Shown here: positions 21,408 to 34,520 of the stretch, piece after piece | How positions within the stretch are numbered: position 1 is the stretch's first letter | Layout of the letters: each line of letters starts with the position of its first letter | Notes under the pieces: generated by a model | The model's database searches: none | Told to the model about the DNA's origin: nothing | What the model saw: only the letters and a program-made list of their open reading frames with translations | Program-made: the position numbers and the translations under genes | Assembly: GCF_046119375.1 (NCBI RefSeq) | Contig: NW_027362761.1 | Coordinates: 72,912,001-72,976,000, forward strand | Length of the DNA: 64,000 nucleotides | Direction of reading: 5' to 3' | DNA from: Phyllobates terribilis | Taxonomy: Eukaryota

Positions 21408-22300
21408 ATGGAGGACCTGCTTAAGCATTTGTTGCAGACAGAGCAGGGGCAGCAAACACAGCACAAGCAGAGCATGCAACAGCACCTGCAGAGCCAGCAG
21501 AACATACAGCAGCAGCTACGGGAGCAGCAGCAGGAGACAAATAAACTACTGATGCAACAGATCCAACAACAGCAACAAGACCAGTTCCGTCAACAGCAGC
21601 AGCATCAACAAGACAAGTACTGACAGCAGCAGCAGATTGAGCTACTTGCAGAGGCGGTTCGTGGGAGGCCGGCAGCCCCTCCCCCAACTCCAGGTGATGG
21701 TGCATGCGTCCGGAAACATGCAAAAGATGACCCCGGGGGATGATGTGGAGGCATTTCTGACTGTTTCTGAACGGGTAGCAGAACGAAAGAGTCTTCCACC
21801 AGAACAGTGGGCAGAGGTTCTGGCTCCATATTTGTCGGGTGAACCCCAAAAGGCATATTATGACTTAGCACTGCAGGATGCCAAAGAATATGCCAAACTA
21901 AAGACAGAAATCTTGGCATGTCTGGGTGTGAATATGGCAATGTGAGCCCAACGAGTCCACCACTGGGCGTATACTGGCGACAAACCCCCTCGGTCGCAGA
22001 TGTTTGACCCAGCTGCATCTTGTTCAAAAGTTGTTGCAGCCAGAGTCTTCCACTCCTGCCCAGATGGTCGAGCGGGTGGTAATTGATAGGTTCATACACT
22101 CTCTTCCTAAGTCTGTACAGACTTGGGTCGCCCAAGGCGATCCCCAGAACGCAGACAAACTCATTGGCCTAGTAGAGAGGTACCAGGTCATTGAGAAATC
22201 ACTCGGGAAACCGGGTATAGCCAGACTGCTGTGAGGGATATCGTTTGTTGGCGGTGTCACAACCCTGGGCTCGTAGTCGCCTGGTGCCATATGTCCCCTG
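21408..22300 (+). pseudogene. Gmr1 gag: Gln-rich coiled coil, SCAN-like capsid domain and degenerate zinc knuckle
   Basis: KMTPGDDVEAFLTVSERVA..QWAEVLAPYLSGEPQKAY; LQPESSTPAQMVERVVIDRFIHSLP; CWRCHNPGLVVAWC; several frameshifts and stops. Confidence 0.8.
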
Positions 22301-23667
22301 AGCCCATGGACTGCAGCCTAGGCAGACGGTGTTCATATTCTTATCCAGCCTGCAGTGTGGACGGTCAACCCGGCGAGGGGCCGCAGGCGTGTGCCGTGTC
22401 CATTAATGGAGTAAGGGTGCTTGGACTATTGGACTCTGGTGACCCTAATCAGTGCCACCCTTCCCCACCAGCTGATCCCTACCAAAACTGTGGGTGTCCG
22501 CTGCATACATGGGGATGCCAAGAATTACCCAGTGGCCAGTGTGACAATCGGAACAGACTGTGGCGCCCAATTCCACGAGGGCGGGGGTCAAGGACCTCAT
22601 ACATCCCGTCATATTGGGGCGCGATTTTCACTTGTTATGGGACATGTGCGGGAAGGATCCAGACTGAGTCACGTGGACAAAACCCACGACCCAAGAGAAA
22701 TGCCCTGGTCGACATCGGAAGTAAAGGAGTTCCCACTGTGTGTCCTTGCCGGCAATGAGGACGAGACTGTGACTGAGAAGGCCGACCTCCCTGAATTGGA
22801 GGTGCCCGGAGAGAACTTTGGGTCAGCTCAGGTTCAGGACTTGACCTTGAAAGGGCCGTGGGACAGTGTTACTGTTTGTAATTGTGTTGCTCAAGAGCCG
22901 GGGGTGGACACCAGATACCCACACTTTGCAGTTCAGGGGAAGCTATTATACCGGGTAACTAAACTAAAAGGTGAAGAGGTAGTGGAACAGCTGTTGTTTC
23001 CAGCGCCATACCGTCGGAGGGTGTTGGACACGGCCCACTCACATATTCTGGGGACCACCTAGGGGGTTGAGAAAACCCAGGAAAGAATGAGGAGGGTCTA
23101 TTGGCCAGGATGTTACCGGGAAATCATAGACTATTGTAGGTCCTGCCCCACCTGCCAGATAACCGCACCCACTTCCCATTTCCGTAGTCCCTTAGTTCCA
23201 CTACCAGTGATAGAGGTCTCCTTTTTAAACGTAATTTGTTTTATTAAACAATTTTATAAACAATTACACATTGCATTTGGTAGTAGAAAACATCCAGAGA
23301 CATCACATCAACATAGATTTACATCGATGAGGACATATTAAAATAAACTGGTCGGATGGGTTATCGCATGCATATAAATATTTCTTTGCCCTGTGAATGT
23401 CGCATCTTCTGGAATTATATAAAAAGAAGAAAGGAAAAAAAAAAAGGGTATTTACCTAATTAGGATACAATCCAAACTTTGAACTCTCAACCACAACTTA
23501 TCAAACTTGTGCTGTCTTTATCCTTTCCATGCTCAGATTGACTCTCATCGTAATGTATATGGATCTAGATGCTTGCCCCTATAAGCAACATTTGTCACTT
23601 ATAACTCGTGGTTTTCTATTTATTCTCACATCCCTTACATATTTACTTTCCAGCTCAAACCCTTTGC

Positions 23668-26600
23668 CTAAGTAGAGACTGTAAGACACGAAGAATTCCA
23701 ATAGTCCCATATTTTGGAAAATTTTAATGGACAACCTCTGTTTTGGTATACTATTTTTTCAAATGGAATGATTGAGTTAACCAGTGCGATCCAGGATAAT
23801 GTTGGCTGTGTATTGCCCATCCAACTTAGTGGCAACAATTTTCTGGCCAAAAATAAGGTTTCTCTCAAAAAAATCTTAATATAGTGATCCCAGACATCAT
23901 CCTCTATTACCCCAAAAAGGCAAATCAGTGGATCACATGGAATCGGGATGGATACTAAAGAGGATAGTAAAGAGGTAACTTCCTGCCAGAAGGACCTAAT
24001 AATAGAGCAGTCCCAGATTAAATGAACAAAGTCGGCATCTATGGTATGACATCGTAAACATTCTGAATTAGAGGAGCGCCCCATTTTATATAGTCTGAGG
24101 GGTGTGAGATATGACTGATGAATAATATATAGCTGAATCAGCTTATTATTAAATGGAGGAAGAGACAAAGGACGGGGACTCCAAAATTTCATCCCACTCC
24201 TCCTCCCCCATATTCGGAATTAGAAGTCTCCACTTATTTTTTGCTGGTAAAGGGTTACAATCTAAGCCTGTTGATAGCAAGTATGTATGCAAGCTAGATA
24301 AAAGACCTTGTGGACCTTGAGATTTAAGTATTCCTATTAAGGGAAATGAGGAAATAGTTTGATTTATTTCAAAGTTTTGTAAGTGAGATCTGAGCCCATT
24401 GGAGGTACCTGAAGAATTGAGATCTTGGAACCTTGAATTTATTTTGCACCTGTTCAAATGACATCAGTATAGATCTTTCATAAATATCTCTTAACAAATA
24501 GACTCCACTAGCTATCCAAAAGGGGGCAGATGGATGTTCCATTAATGTCGCAAAATACGGATTCCCCCATATAGGCATTTCAGCTATAACATGTTTAAAG
24601 TCAATTCTTTTCTTTGCCTGTTTCCATACCGTTCTCGCCAATCTATGTAGGGGTAACAACTTAATGGGAGTCGATTTATTCAATTCTAGAAAACCCAATA
24701 AACAACTTGTGCCTAAAACGTGTGCCAAGTGGTTTTCAGAATTCGGTAACTGGGAGTCAGGCATCCAAATACGGATCACTTTTAGCTGACCTGCTAAATA
24801 GTATAGATGGAAGTCAGGCAGAGCTGCTCCTCCCATATCTTTAGGCCTTGGAAGGGTAGATAACCTGAGTTTAGGTCTAGAGCTCCCCCAAATAAATGTG
24901 GATATCAAAGAGTTAAGAGATGTGAAGAATTTTTTAGGGACCGCTACTGCACTATGTTGTAATATATAATTAAATTTAGGGAGTAAGATCATCTTAATTA
25001 AGTTAATCCTTCCTGACACTGATAGCGGCAATCTCCCCCACAAGGAAAATTTACATTTAGCGTATTCTAGTAAAGGAAGAGTATTACTCGAGAGGTCCTC
25101 TCTATCATTCCTTACAATTCCCAAGTATTTGAAACATGACACTACAGGTAAAGGAGATAACGTTTCCAAATCAGTATTCGGAGTGGGCGACAAAGACATA
25201 AGAGCAGATTTATCCCAATTTATAAAGAGGCCCGAATATTCACTAAATTTATCAATAGTAGATATAACAGATGGGAGAGTATATTTAACCTTGTCCATAA
25301 AGATTATCATGTCATCTGTATGTAAACCGATTTTATCAGTTCTGTCTGCAATTGTAATTCCACTGATATCCTCAGATGATCGTATTCTTATAGCCAATGC
25401 TTCAATTGCCAGAGCGAATAGAGCCGGAGACAAAGGGCATCCCTGGCGGGTTCCCCTTTCCAATTAAAAAGATGTGGAGGATAAATTATTTATCACTATT
25501 TTAGCTTTGGGGGCTGTGTACAATATTTGAATCCAGGCCCGAAAGTTAGGGCCAAAACCAAATTTCTCTAGACAAGCAAATAAAAATGGCCACTCTAGTG
25601 AATCAAAAGCCTTGACCGCATCCAATGAAGCCAAAGCCCAATCATTTCCCGGTATCAGAGAGCTATATTGAGTTACTGATTGTACCCTTCTAATGTTAAT
25701 AGAAGTATTTTTTCCTGGCATAAAACCGGTTTGGTCCGGATGGACAACTGATAGTATCACCTTATTAAGTCTCAAAGCTAGAATTTTTGTAAGAATTTTG
25801 TAATCCACATTTAATAGTGAAATATGGCGATATGATCCACACTCCAGAGGATCCTTCCCTTCCTTTTTAAGAACAATAATATTGTCATCATAAAAGGATT
25901 CAGGCAAGGAACCACTTTGCATCGCCTCTGAGAAAGCCCTCTTGGTATCTAAGGTAGAGTTCTAGTGGTAGGCCATCAGGGCCCGAAGCTTTACCCAAAG
26001 CCATATCTGCCAGGGCTACATTTATTTCCTCTAAAGGGATATCTGCATCCAAAAGGGATTGTTGTGTGACACTCAATTTGGGAAAATCAAGATGTGCCAA
26101 ATAAGAGAGACATTCTAATTTATTATGGGCACTTTGGGATTTATATAACGATTTATAAAAATTATGAAAGCCACATAGAATATCTTCTGCCGCAGTGACT
26201 ATCTGGCCCCCTAATGTTCAAATCCTGAGAATAGCACTAGAGTCATTATGTTTGCAGACCATAAAGGCCAACAACTTACTTGATTGGTTCCCCAATTCAA
26301 AATAGGATTGTCTATTGAAAAATAGTTTACGTTTAGATTTAATGTCAACGTTTTGTGTATACAATCTATATGAGTGTAGCCAGTTTACTCTATTCTCATC
26401 AGACGGGTCTGAAACATAAGACTGTTCAGCTTCTTTTAACCTATGTTCAAACTCGGTATCGACCTGTGCAGTCGTTCTTTTGATGTGAGAAATAGTGGAG
26501 GAGAGGCATCCTCTAAAGTATGCCTTCAATGTATCCCAAAAAATCTTAGTGTTCCTTGGCAACGGATGTACTTCCACGAATCAGTCTATTTGATCCGGTA

Positions 26601-27399
26601 TTCTATCATCAGGGCCAATTAATTTTAACCAAAAGTGATTAAGTTTCCATGTGGGTCTGTCTCGTACCTGGTCAAATTTAAGCTTTAGTATCACCGGACT
26701 ATGGTCTGAAATCCCTCTTACCCCATGTTCAATACTATGTACCCACATTGCAGTATTACTAGAACTGAAAATATAATCTAACCATGATAATGTAGATTTA
26801 GTTGAGGAGTGACATGTGTATTCTTTAGTTCCGGGGTGATGTAATCTCCACAAATCTATCCAACCAATACTCTCCATATAAGTTGAAAACAAATTAGAAG
26901 ATGGTATTATTGTCGTACTGGTGTAGTCACCAATTCTCAATCTACCTAGATTTTCGTCCATAATCAAGTTGAAATCCCCCATACATAAGATCTGAGCATC
27001 CGAGTGGTTTAGTGCAAAGCTTACTGCCTTTTGGACAATAATTAGATTAGCAGGAGGTGGGTTATATAGACATAGTATTATGTACTCTCTGGAATCAATT
27101 GTAGCATTTATAAAAACAAATCTTCCCTCTGAATCTCTGCGGGCCTCCCTAACCTCCCAGCTAATGGCCTTATGGATTAAAAGCGAAACTCCTCTTGAAT
27201 AGCTTGTATGGTAAGAGTATATCGACCATTGCACCCAGGGTTTATTTAGCCACCTAGCTGAATCTCTAGTGAGGTGTGTTTCGACTAAAGCCAGGATATG
27301 TGGCTGGTAATTTTTGATTTGCGAGAATACTTTAACCTTCTTCTTAGGGGATTTAAGACCTCTTACATTTCATGTCATACATTTCAGTTGTGACGCCAT
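23668..27399 (-). pseudogene. L1 ORF2p (APE-RT-Cys domain) with multiple stops and frameshifts
   Basis: MASQLKCMT*NVRGL, MGDFN, ISDHSP, GPDGLP, YRHISLLNVD, DAVKAFD, RGTRQGCPLSP, HTDD, CLRC..HLIWDC. Confidence 0.9.
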
Positions 27400-27790
27400 T
27401 TATCTAATATAGGAAAGATGAAAATAGATATGAAGGGTAGAAGCAAAAGACCATTGCACTATTACTGCTCATAATCATTATTTCCCTTTTGACGTATCTA
27501 ATCATTTCCACCCAGTTTATATATTTATGGGGCTCACCAGGTTGATCTTTACCTCTATAAGACCCAACAGATCATATTGCATGGAGACAAAGCAAAAAGA
27601 ACTGAGAACAAGAAGTAAACTTAAACATTTCTTATGACGCTTCCTTTGGGGAATACCATCACTGATCCCAGTGTGAGGTATTATGTTGTCTTTGACGATG
27701 CAAAGTCTGAACTCCCGCATATGAAAAAGGTGTATCAAATTACATCAAACCCAATATTCAATATAGGAACGGCGGCACAAAGGGTGTTGG

Positions 27791-28718
27791 TCACCCTTTT
27801 CCAGGCTCTGGGTGCAACTGGAGGCACTCTAACGCTTCCTCCGCGGTAGCAAAGAAAGTAGTAGTTTCCAGAAACAATTCGGAGACGAGCAGGATAAGCC
27901 ATTGCATAGATAATCCCTTTGTCTTTAAGTTTCTTCTTCTAAGTTTCTTCATAAACTGTGCTCTCTGTTTTTGTAGTTCCACGGAAAAATCAGGGAAGAT
28001 AGAAATTGTAGAATTGTTGTATTTAATAGAGCCATTTTGTCTTGCCAATCTCAGGGTGGTATCTCTGTCCTTAGAATTCAACAGTCTAGCAAGAAGGGGT
28101 CTAGGAGGGGCCCCAGGAGGGGGAGGGGGGGTTAGCTGGAACTCTGTCGGCCCTTTCCACAGCAAAGACCGGGGAGTATTCATCTCCTAGGGTAGATTTA
28201 AGACAATTTTCCAAATAGATTTCAGGATGCTGACCCGCTGTTCGTTCTGGTAGGCCAATAATTCGTATATTATTTCTTCGCATTCGATTTTCTAGGTCAT
28301 CAGCTTTTTGGCGCCAGGCGCTTATGGAGCCAGCCACTTTGGTCAACTTGTTAACAATAGGCGGCAGTTTATCTTCCAGTTCTGATACCCTTCTCTCAGC
28401 CTCAGTGACACGTTTATTCATGGTTTGCAGGTCTTGGCGGAGTAGGCCCACTTCTGAATGAACCTCCTCTATCTTCCCGGTCAGAGAGCTCTTGCAAGTG
28501 GATATAGCTTCTAAGAGTTGATCAGCAACTTGCTTCAAGGTCATTTCTTCATGTCCCTCCCCCTCCTCCTCCTCATCAGATACATGACTCTTATGATGAT
28601 CCGATATTTTATTTGACAAGGATGTTGGCCCCTTCCTCAATCGAGAATTTTCCTGGAGGTCCCCTCTGGCAAAGTCTTTCAATTTATCTGCTATACTCGA
28701 GTTTTTCCCTCGGCTCAT
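27791..28718 (-). pseudogene. L1 ORF1p (coiled coil, RRM, CTD), frameshifted
   Basis: RVTEAERRVSELED..LENRMRRNNIRIIGLPE; PRPLLARLLN..ISIFPDFS. Confidence 0.88.
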
Positions 28719-29238
28719 TTTGTAATGTTATAAGCAGAGTATATTGTATTATGTTTACTCCAGTAGTATATTATGCAGACTTATTATGTAGAAGTCAGAG
28801 TCTGGACAATGCTGCCACCTGGTGTCTTAGCTGCAGCGGTGTCTCAGTAATATCTTTTATAAGTTATATGTTGGTTTCAGTATAAAAGATGTATTATTTT
28901 CAATAATAAAGGTTGGAGAAGATAGTGGCTTTTGGTTGCTTTGTATATTGTTTCGGTCACTCTGTGTCCCGTATACAAATGCCAGGGACTAAATATAGGC
29001 TGAGTGTCTCATGCCCCAGGGCTTATGCTTCCCCTTGCAGAGTTAGGATGTGGTTGCTGTGTTTCCGTCCTTTGGAATATTCCAGTGGCCCCTAGATAGG
29101 TCGCAGGACCGGGTTGTCCGGTACACTCACCGCTGCACCTTTCCAGAAGCCGTCGCTCCTCAGGCCTTTCAGACGGAGACCGACTGCCAGCGTATATTTT
29201 CAACGGCGCCTGTAAGCTGCGCCACGTGCAGAGCCCTC

Positions 29239-29246
29239 AAGATGGC
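29239..29246 (-). promoter_or_regulatory. YY1-like motif (AAGATGGC on +) in the L1 5'UTR
   Basis: Motif match only. Confidence 0.3.
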
Positions 29247-31673
29247 TGCCGCTCCACAGAGTTTAATCTGCCGAGGTCCGCAGAGCGCGCCGGACCGGAG
29301 CCCTCACCGTAGCAGCTCCTCAGATGCCCAGCCGCTCCCCACTTCTCCAGAGCTGTGCTGCAGGGCACAGAATTGAAGAACAGGGTCCGGTAAGTGCAGG
29401 ATTATAAGCTGGATAGCGGGAGCTCAGATCTCCTGCATCCTCTCAGCTCCACAGCATCGCCATGCCCCATAGAGGTCTCCTTTGAGAGAATTGCTATGGA
29501 CCTAGTGGGAACAACCAATACAATCTGGTGGTCATGAACTATGCGACCTGGTATCCTGGTATCCAGAGCCGGTACCGCTAAGGAATTGATCAAGTAAGTG
29601 CATAGCCAGGGAACTTGTCCACATATTTGCCAGGAGTGGTCTGCCGAAGGAGATACTAACTGATCAAGGGACCCCGTTCATGAGCAAGGTAATGAAGGAG
29701 CTGTGTAGGGTCCTCCAGATTACCCAGCTGCGAACCTCCGTTTACCATCCGCAGACAGACGGCCTAGTAGAGCGCGTTAATAAAACCCTAAAAGCGATGC
29801 TCAAAAAGGTCGTAGAGAAGGATGGACGTGACTGGGAGTACCTGCTGCCGTTCCTGCTCTTCTCGATAAATGGGAAAAAGCCAGTGGAGGATTGCGGAAC
29901 CTGTATGCACGACATCCACGAGGACTCCTGGATATCGCTAAGGAAACCTAGGAAGCCGAGGTTACGCATTATTGAACATGTCGCTCAGATGCAGGAAAGA
30001 AAGTGAAAGTGATGCCCATCGTGAAGGCGCATCTCCTCCAGGTGCAGGAGGCCCAGGCAAGGGTCTATAACCAATCGGTGAGCTGATGCAGTTCCAGCCT
30101 GGGGACCGTGTTTTGGTCCTAATCCCTACCGTTGAGAGCAAGTTCCTGGCCAAATGGCAAGGGCCTGACGAGGTGGTGGATAAAATCAGTGAAATTAATT
30201 ATAAAAGTCCACCAACCTGGCCGTAGAAAGACGCATCAAGTGTACCATGTGAACCTGCTCACGCTGTGGCGAGACAAGGAACCTGTGGAGGCTCCTTGCC
30301 TGGGAGCCGTTCCCGGAAGCAAGTTGGAAGAGGTAACGATAGCAGAGACTCTATCGCCGGCCCAGAAGCAACAATGTCGAGAACTGCTACAGCGGAATCG
30401 TGACCTGTTCTCAGAGTTCCCGGGGTGTACTCTGGTGGTAGATCATGATGTGCTAACAGAGCCGCATATACGAGTGAACTTGAAGTCCTACAGGATTCCT
30501 GAAGCACGCCAAGAGGTGATCTCAACCGAGGTGAAAAGGATGCTAGACCTCGGGGTGATAGAGGAGTCGAAGCGTGGATGGTCGAGTCCCATTGTCCTCG
30601 TGCCAAAACCCAACAAGGAGTGGAGGTTTTGTAACGACTACCGCAGGCTGAATGAGGTGTCCAAGTGTGATGCATACCCGATGCCCTGCGTCGACAAACT
30701 CATCGAGAGGTTTGGACCAGCGAGGTATATCACCACCCTCGACCTGACAAAGGGCTACTAGCAGATCCCCATGTCTCAGACGGCCAAGGAAAAGACTGCT
30801 TTCTCGACACCTGATGGGTGTTTCCAATACACTCGGATGCCGTTCGGACTGCAGGGGGCCCCAGCCACCTTCCAGAGGGCTATGGATCGGATCCTTGCCC
30901 CACATAAGAAGTATGCCGCAGCCTACCTTGATGACATTGTGATCTTTAGCCCAGACTGGGCTAGTCATCTACCTAAGGTACAAGCGATTCTGGATGCTCT
31001 AAGGAAGGCGGGATTTACAATAAATCCGAAAAAATGCGCCGTTGGAAAGGAAGAAGCCAAGTACTTGGGCTATTCATCAGGAGAGGCGAGATAAAGACAC
31101 AAGTCAATAAAGTGGAGGCAATCCAGAACTTTCCGCAACCGCTCTCCAAAAAGCAAGTGAGAGCGTTTCTGGGAATGGTGGGATGTTACCGGCGGTTTAT
31201 CCCAAATTTTGCCAGGATGGCCACGCCACTCACTGATCTCCTCAAAGGCACCAGATCAACAATGGTGAAATGGAAGGAGGAAACAGATGGCATTCCAACG
31301 GTTGAAGCTAGCACTGTGTAAGCAGCCGGTCCTGATCGCACCAGACTTTGAGAAAGAGTTTGCGGTCCAGACAGACGCTTCAGAAGTTGGTCTAGGAGCC
31401 GTACTCTTTCAAGAGATAAATGGGGAAGAACATCCCATTCTATATCTGAGCCAGAAGCTCTAGTCCTGCGAGAAAAACTATGCGATAGTAGGAAAAAAAA
31501 AAAAAAAAAAAAAAGAGTGTCTAGCCATAAAATGGGCCGTAGATACAATGAGATAGTACCTACTAGGCCGGAAGTTTAGACTGGTATCAGACCATGCCCT
31601 GTTGAGATGGTTGAGAAAAGAGAGGTAAAAATGCCCAGATAGCTGGGTGGTTCCTAGCACTACAAAACTTTAA

Positions 31674-34066
31674 CCCTCAACTGGTGAGGTGGGGTTTGCC
31701 ACACCCCAGGGAATTTTTGTTCGGCTGCCATTTATTGAAAAATGCTGGTATGAGGATACGTGTCTCACTAGTTTCCATCCATTTCCTTGTCAACAGGATG
31801 TCGTCAAGGCCTCTCTCTTCTGGCCATGCATAACAGAGCTAGCGGTCGCTAAGCGCTGTCTTGGCCTTTCTGAACCCCACATCACCACTCATGTAATTCT
31901 TTTTTACACATTTTCAAATTTTGAAAGCTTCTTTATTTTTGCACAAATTTATAACTGAGTTTCTGTTTGTTCGTGCACTTGCTCTCAGGCAAAAAATGGC
32001 GAATTCCAGGACGTCCATGAGGTCAGAAGATCCCCGTTTTGCGGATTGGGCAGCTTCAATCCTTGACAATGAAGAGAGTGATTTTAGTGGCGATGAAGGA
32101 GATGTTGTACCAGACGATTTCGATGACTCCCCACAATCACGTCCAGGTACAACGAATTCTTCTCAAAATTTCTACAGAAAGAACAAATTAAAAAGTGGTC
32201 AGGAGAACAGCCAAAGCCAAACATCTGTACAAGAAGGCACATCATCATATCGCATTTGCCTGGTGTGATTGGGCCTGCCAGGCAGCTTGGTCGTTATTGC
32301 ACACATCAGTCATCGTGGGAGTTACTGTTTACTGAAGACATCATTGATGAAGTAATACTTTATACAAATGAAAAGCTGTCTGAATTGCGACTCAAACTGA
32401 CTGATACTGATCGAAGTGACTACAAAGATTTAGACGTGATCGAGTTCAATGTATTCCTGGCCATCTTGATGTATTCTGCAATTTTCAAATCTAATCATGA
32501 AGATCTCGCAGCTCTTTTTGCCACTCATGGAATGGGGCAGGATATTTTTCGTTGCATTATGTCTTTGAAGCGAGTTTATGTCATACTTGTGGCCCTTCAC
32601 TTCGATAATCGCACTGACCGAAAAGAAAGGCAGCAGACTGTGCGGCAGCTATATCGTGTGTTTGACAAGTTCATTAGGAACTGCAAGGCGTGTTACTCAA
32701 TTGGGGAATATGCGTGCATAGACGAAAAGCTGGTTGGTTTCAGAGGAAGGTGTTCATTCAAAATGAATATTCTAAGTAAGCCTTGTAAGTATGGCATAAA
32801 AATCATGGCACTCACTGACGCGAAAACTCATTACTTACTAAATGCGTATATTTACACTGGTAAAGACAGCGATGGAACCTCTCTCTCCAATGAGAAAAAA
32901 AAAATGTATAAACCTACTCAGACTGTCTTGCGTCTATCAACCCCAATACTTAGAACGAACAGAAATATTACTGCTGCTAACTGGTTCTCTTCCATTGAAC
33001 TTGTGGCAGAGTTGAAGAAAAGAGGACTCACATACGTGGGAACAATTAGAAAGAACAAGAAAGAAATTTCACCATAATTCTGCCCATCGAAAACCAAAGA
33101 ACGTTCCGCAATCTTTGGATTTGCAAATGACATGACCTTAGTTTCCTACGTCCCAAAGAAATACAAAGCGGTAATTTTGATTTCATCCATGCATCATGGA
33201 AAAGCATCGACCCAGAATCTGGCAAGCCAGAAATCATTGAATTTTACAATACAACAAAAGGAGGTGTTGATGCTCTGGATGAAAAGTGCACGCTTTACTC
33301 AACTAGTCGACGTAGTAGACGATGGCCGCTTGCAATCTTCTACTCCATCTTGAACATCAACCTTGTGAATGCATACGTACTCCTTTCATCTTATCCAGAG
33401 AATCCAAAGAACAGTCGCCTTGACTTTGTAAAGTCTCTTGCCAGAGCTCTGTCAGAACCCTACCTCAATGTTAGGATGCTGAACAATCGATTTCCACGCG
33501 AGTTGCGGCAGAACTTTGCTCGAATTCTTCAGAAACAGTTGCCTACACCAAGAAAACGACAACTAGATAGACAAGTGAGGTGTGGCAAGTGTCCTAGGAA
33601 GAAGGACATGAAGACAAAATTTATGTGCGAAGAGTGCGAGACCCCAATTTGTGGTAATTGTACCGTAAGGTATTGCGTTGACTGTAAAAAATGACTAATT
33701 TCATGCAAACCAAAAAAGACAATATTCCTTTTATTTTTCTCTTGAACGGCTTGTGTTGTTTTCAATTTTCATGTTAATACTTATATTCACTTGTTTTTGA
33801 AAAAATTTTGTAATTTTTATTTACATTATGCTAAAAGTCATGTTTCATAATGCCCTCAGATTGAATCATCAAAGTATTACATTTTCCGATACTTGTGGGT
33901 GTCAAAAATTTGTTATACTCATGCGTAATCAATCACCAATAAGAAAACAATTAAAACAAACGTGATCTTTGCATTTTCTGTAAAAATAAGAGATTTCTAA
34001 ACACTGGGGTATAGGAAACCCCACATCACCAGTTGCGTGACAAAAACCCCACCTCACCAGTTGAGG
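31674..34066 (+). mobile_element. piggyBac DNA transposon, 2393 bp
   Basis: TTAA TSD (31670-31673, 34067-34070); 20-bp perfect TIR CCCTCAACTGGTGAGGTGGG; internal subterminal copy near 34017-34038; flanks rejoin the gypsy RNase H (ALQNF/NFHVVHRPG). Confidence 0.95.
31996..33694 (+). pseudogene. piggyBac (PGBD4-like) transposase, frameshifted, with C-terminal Cys-rich domain
   Basis: CIDEKLVGFRGRC, KPCKYGIK, ITAANWFSS, KGGVDALD (alternate frame), RCGKC..CEECETPICGNC..CVDC. Confidence 0.9.
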
Positions 34067-34199
34067 GTTAATTTTCATGTAGTGCACAGGCCCAGGAAAA
34101 TACATGGAAATGCTGATGCCCTCTCTAGAATTCCCTGTCTGGTGTCTGAAGGTGCCCAAACCCCCAGCTTTGGGCAGAGGGTGGGGGGGGGGGGGAATA

Positions 34200-34520
34200 T
34201 GTGACAAAGCCACTGGCAGAATACTGGAGGGCAGATACACGTCTCTGAGACTTTTTGCTTCAGTTATGTAAAACATGGAGGTTTCTCCTGCACATTAGGT
34301 GCAGAGAGGGTTAATAGCCAGACTTACAAGGGCATGCTTTACAGGTGGACAGCTAAGTGCTGGGAAGGAAGCTATCCACCCTCTCTCCATTCCAGGGCGT
34401 GGTTTAGGGGCTATAAAAAGCGAGCCTTTTGACTCAGGAGGTGGTCGGTATCTGGAGGCCACCTCCAGCGAGAGGAGAGTGTGTTTATTCTTGCTGAACC
34501 TGAACCGTGTGGTTTTTGGG
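34200..34520 (+). repeat. 3' LTR (3'-truncated) of the Gmr1-like element
   Basis: About 16 mismatches in about 230 bp vs the 5'LTR (count by eye), plus a roughly 38-bp indel. Confidence 0.9.

Larger units (their letters stand above)
23225..29468 (-). mobile_element. Full-length L1 (about 6.2 kb), decayed ORFs, inserted in the gypsy integrase
   Basis: 15-bp TSD ATAGAGGTCTCCTTT (23210-23224, 29469-29483); 5' GGGGCATGGC start; AATAAA and short A tail at the 3' end. Confidence 0.93.
20807..34520 (+). mobile_element. Gmr1-like Ty3/gypsy LTR retrotransposon (decayed), with nested L1 and piggyBac
   Basis: 5'LTR 20807-21295, PBS, gag, PR (LLDSG), IN (HHCC; DLVG..TDQG..ERVN), RT (YLDD), RNase H (QTDAS..E..DH..ADALSR), G-rich PPT 34172-34199, 3'LTR from 34200. 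Confidence 0.93.

Noticed and set aside
29121-29135. GCG|GTGAGT donor in the L1 5'UTR (a parallel to the CR1 intron)
   Set aside because: No convincing branch point, pyrimidine tract or AG before the ORF1 ATG at 28718.
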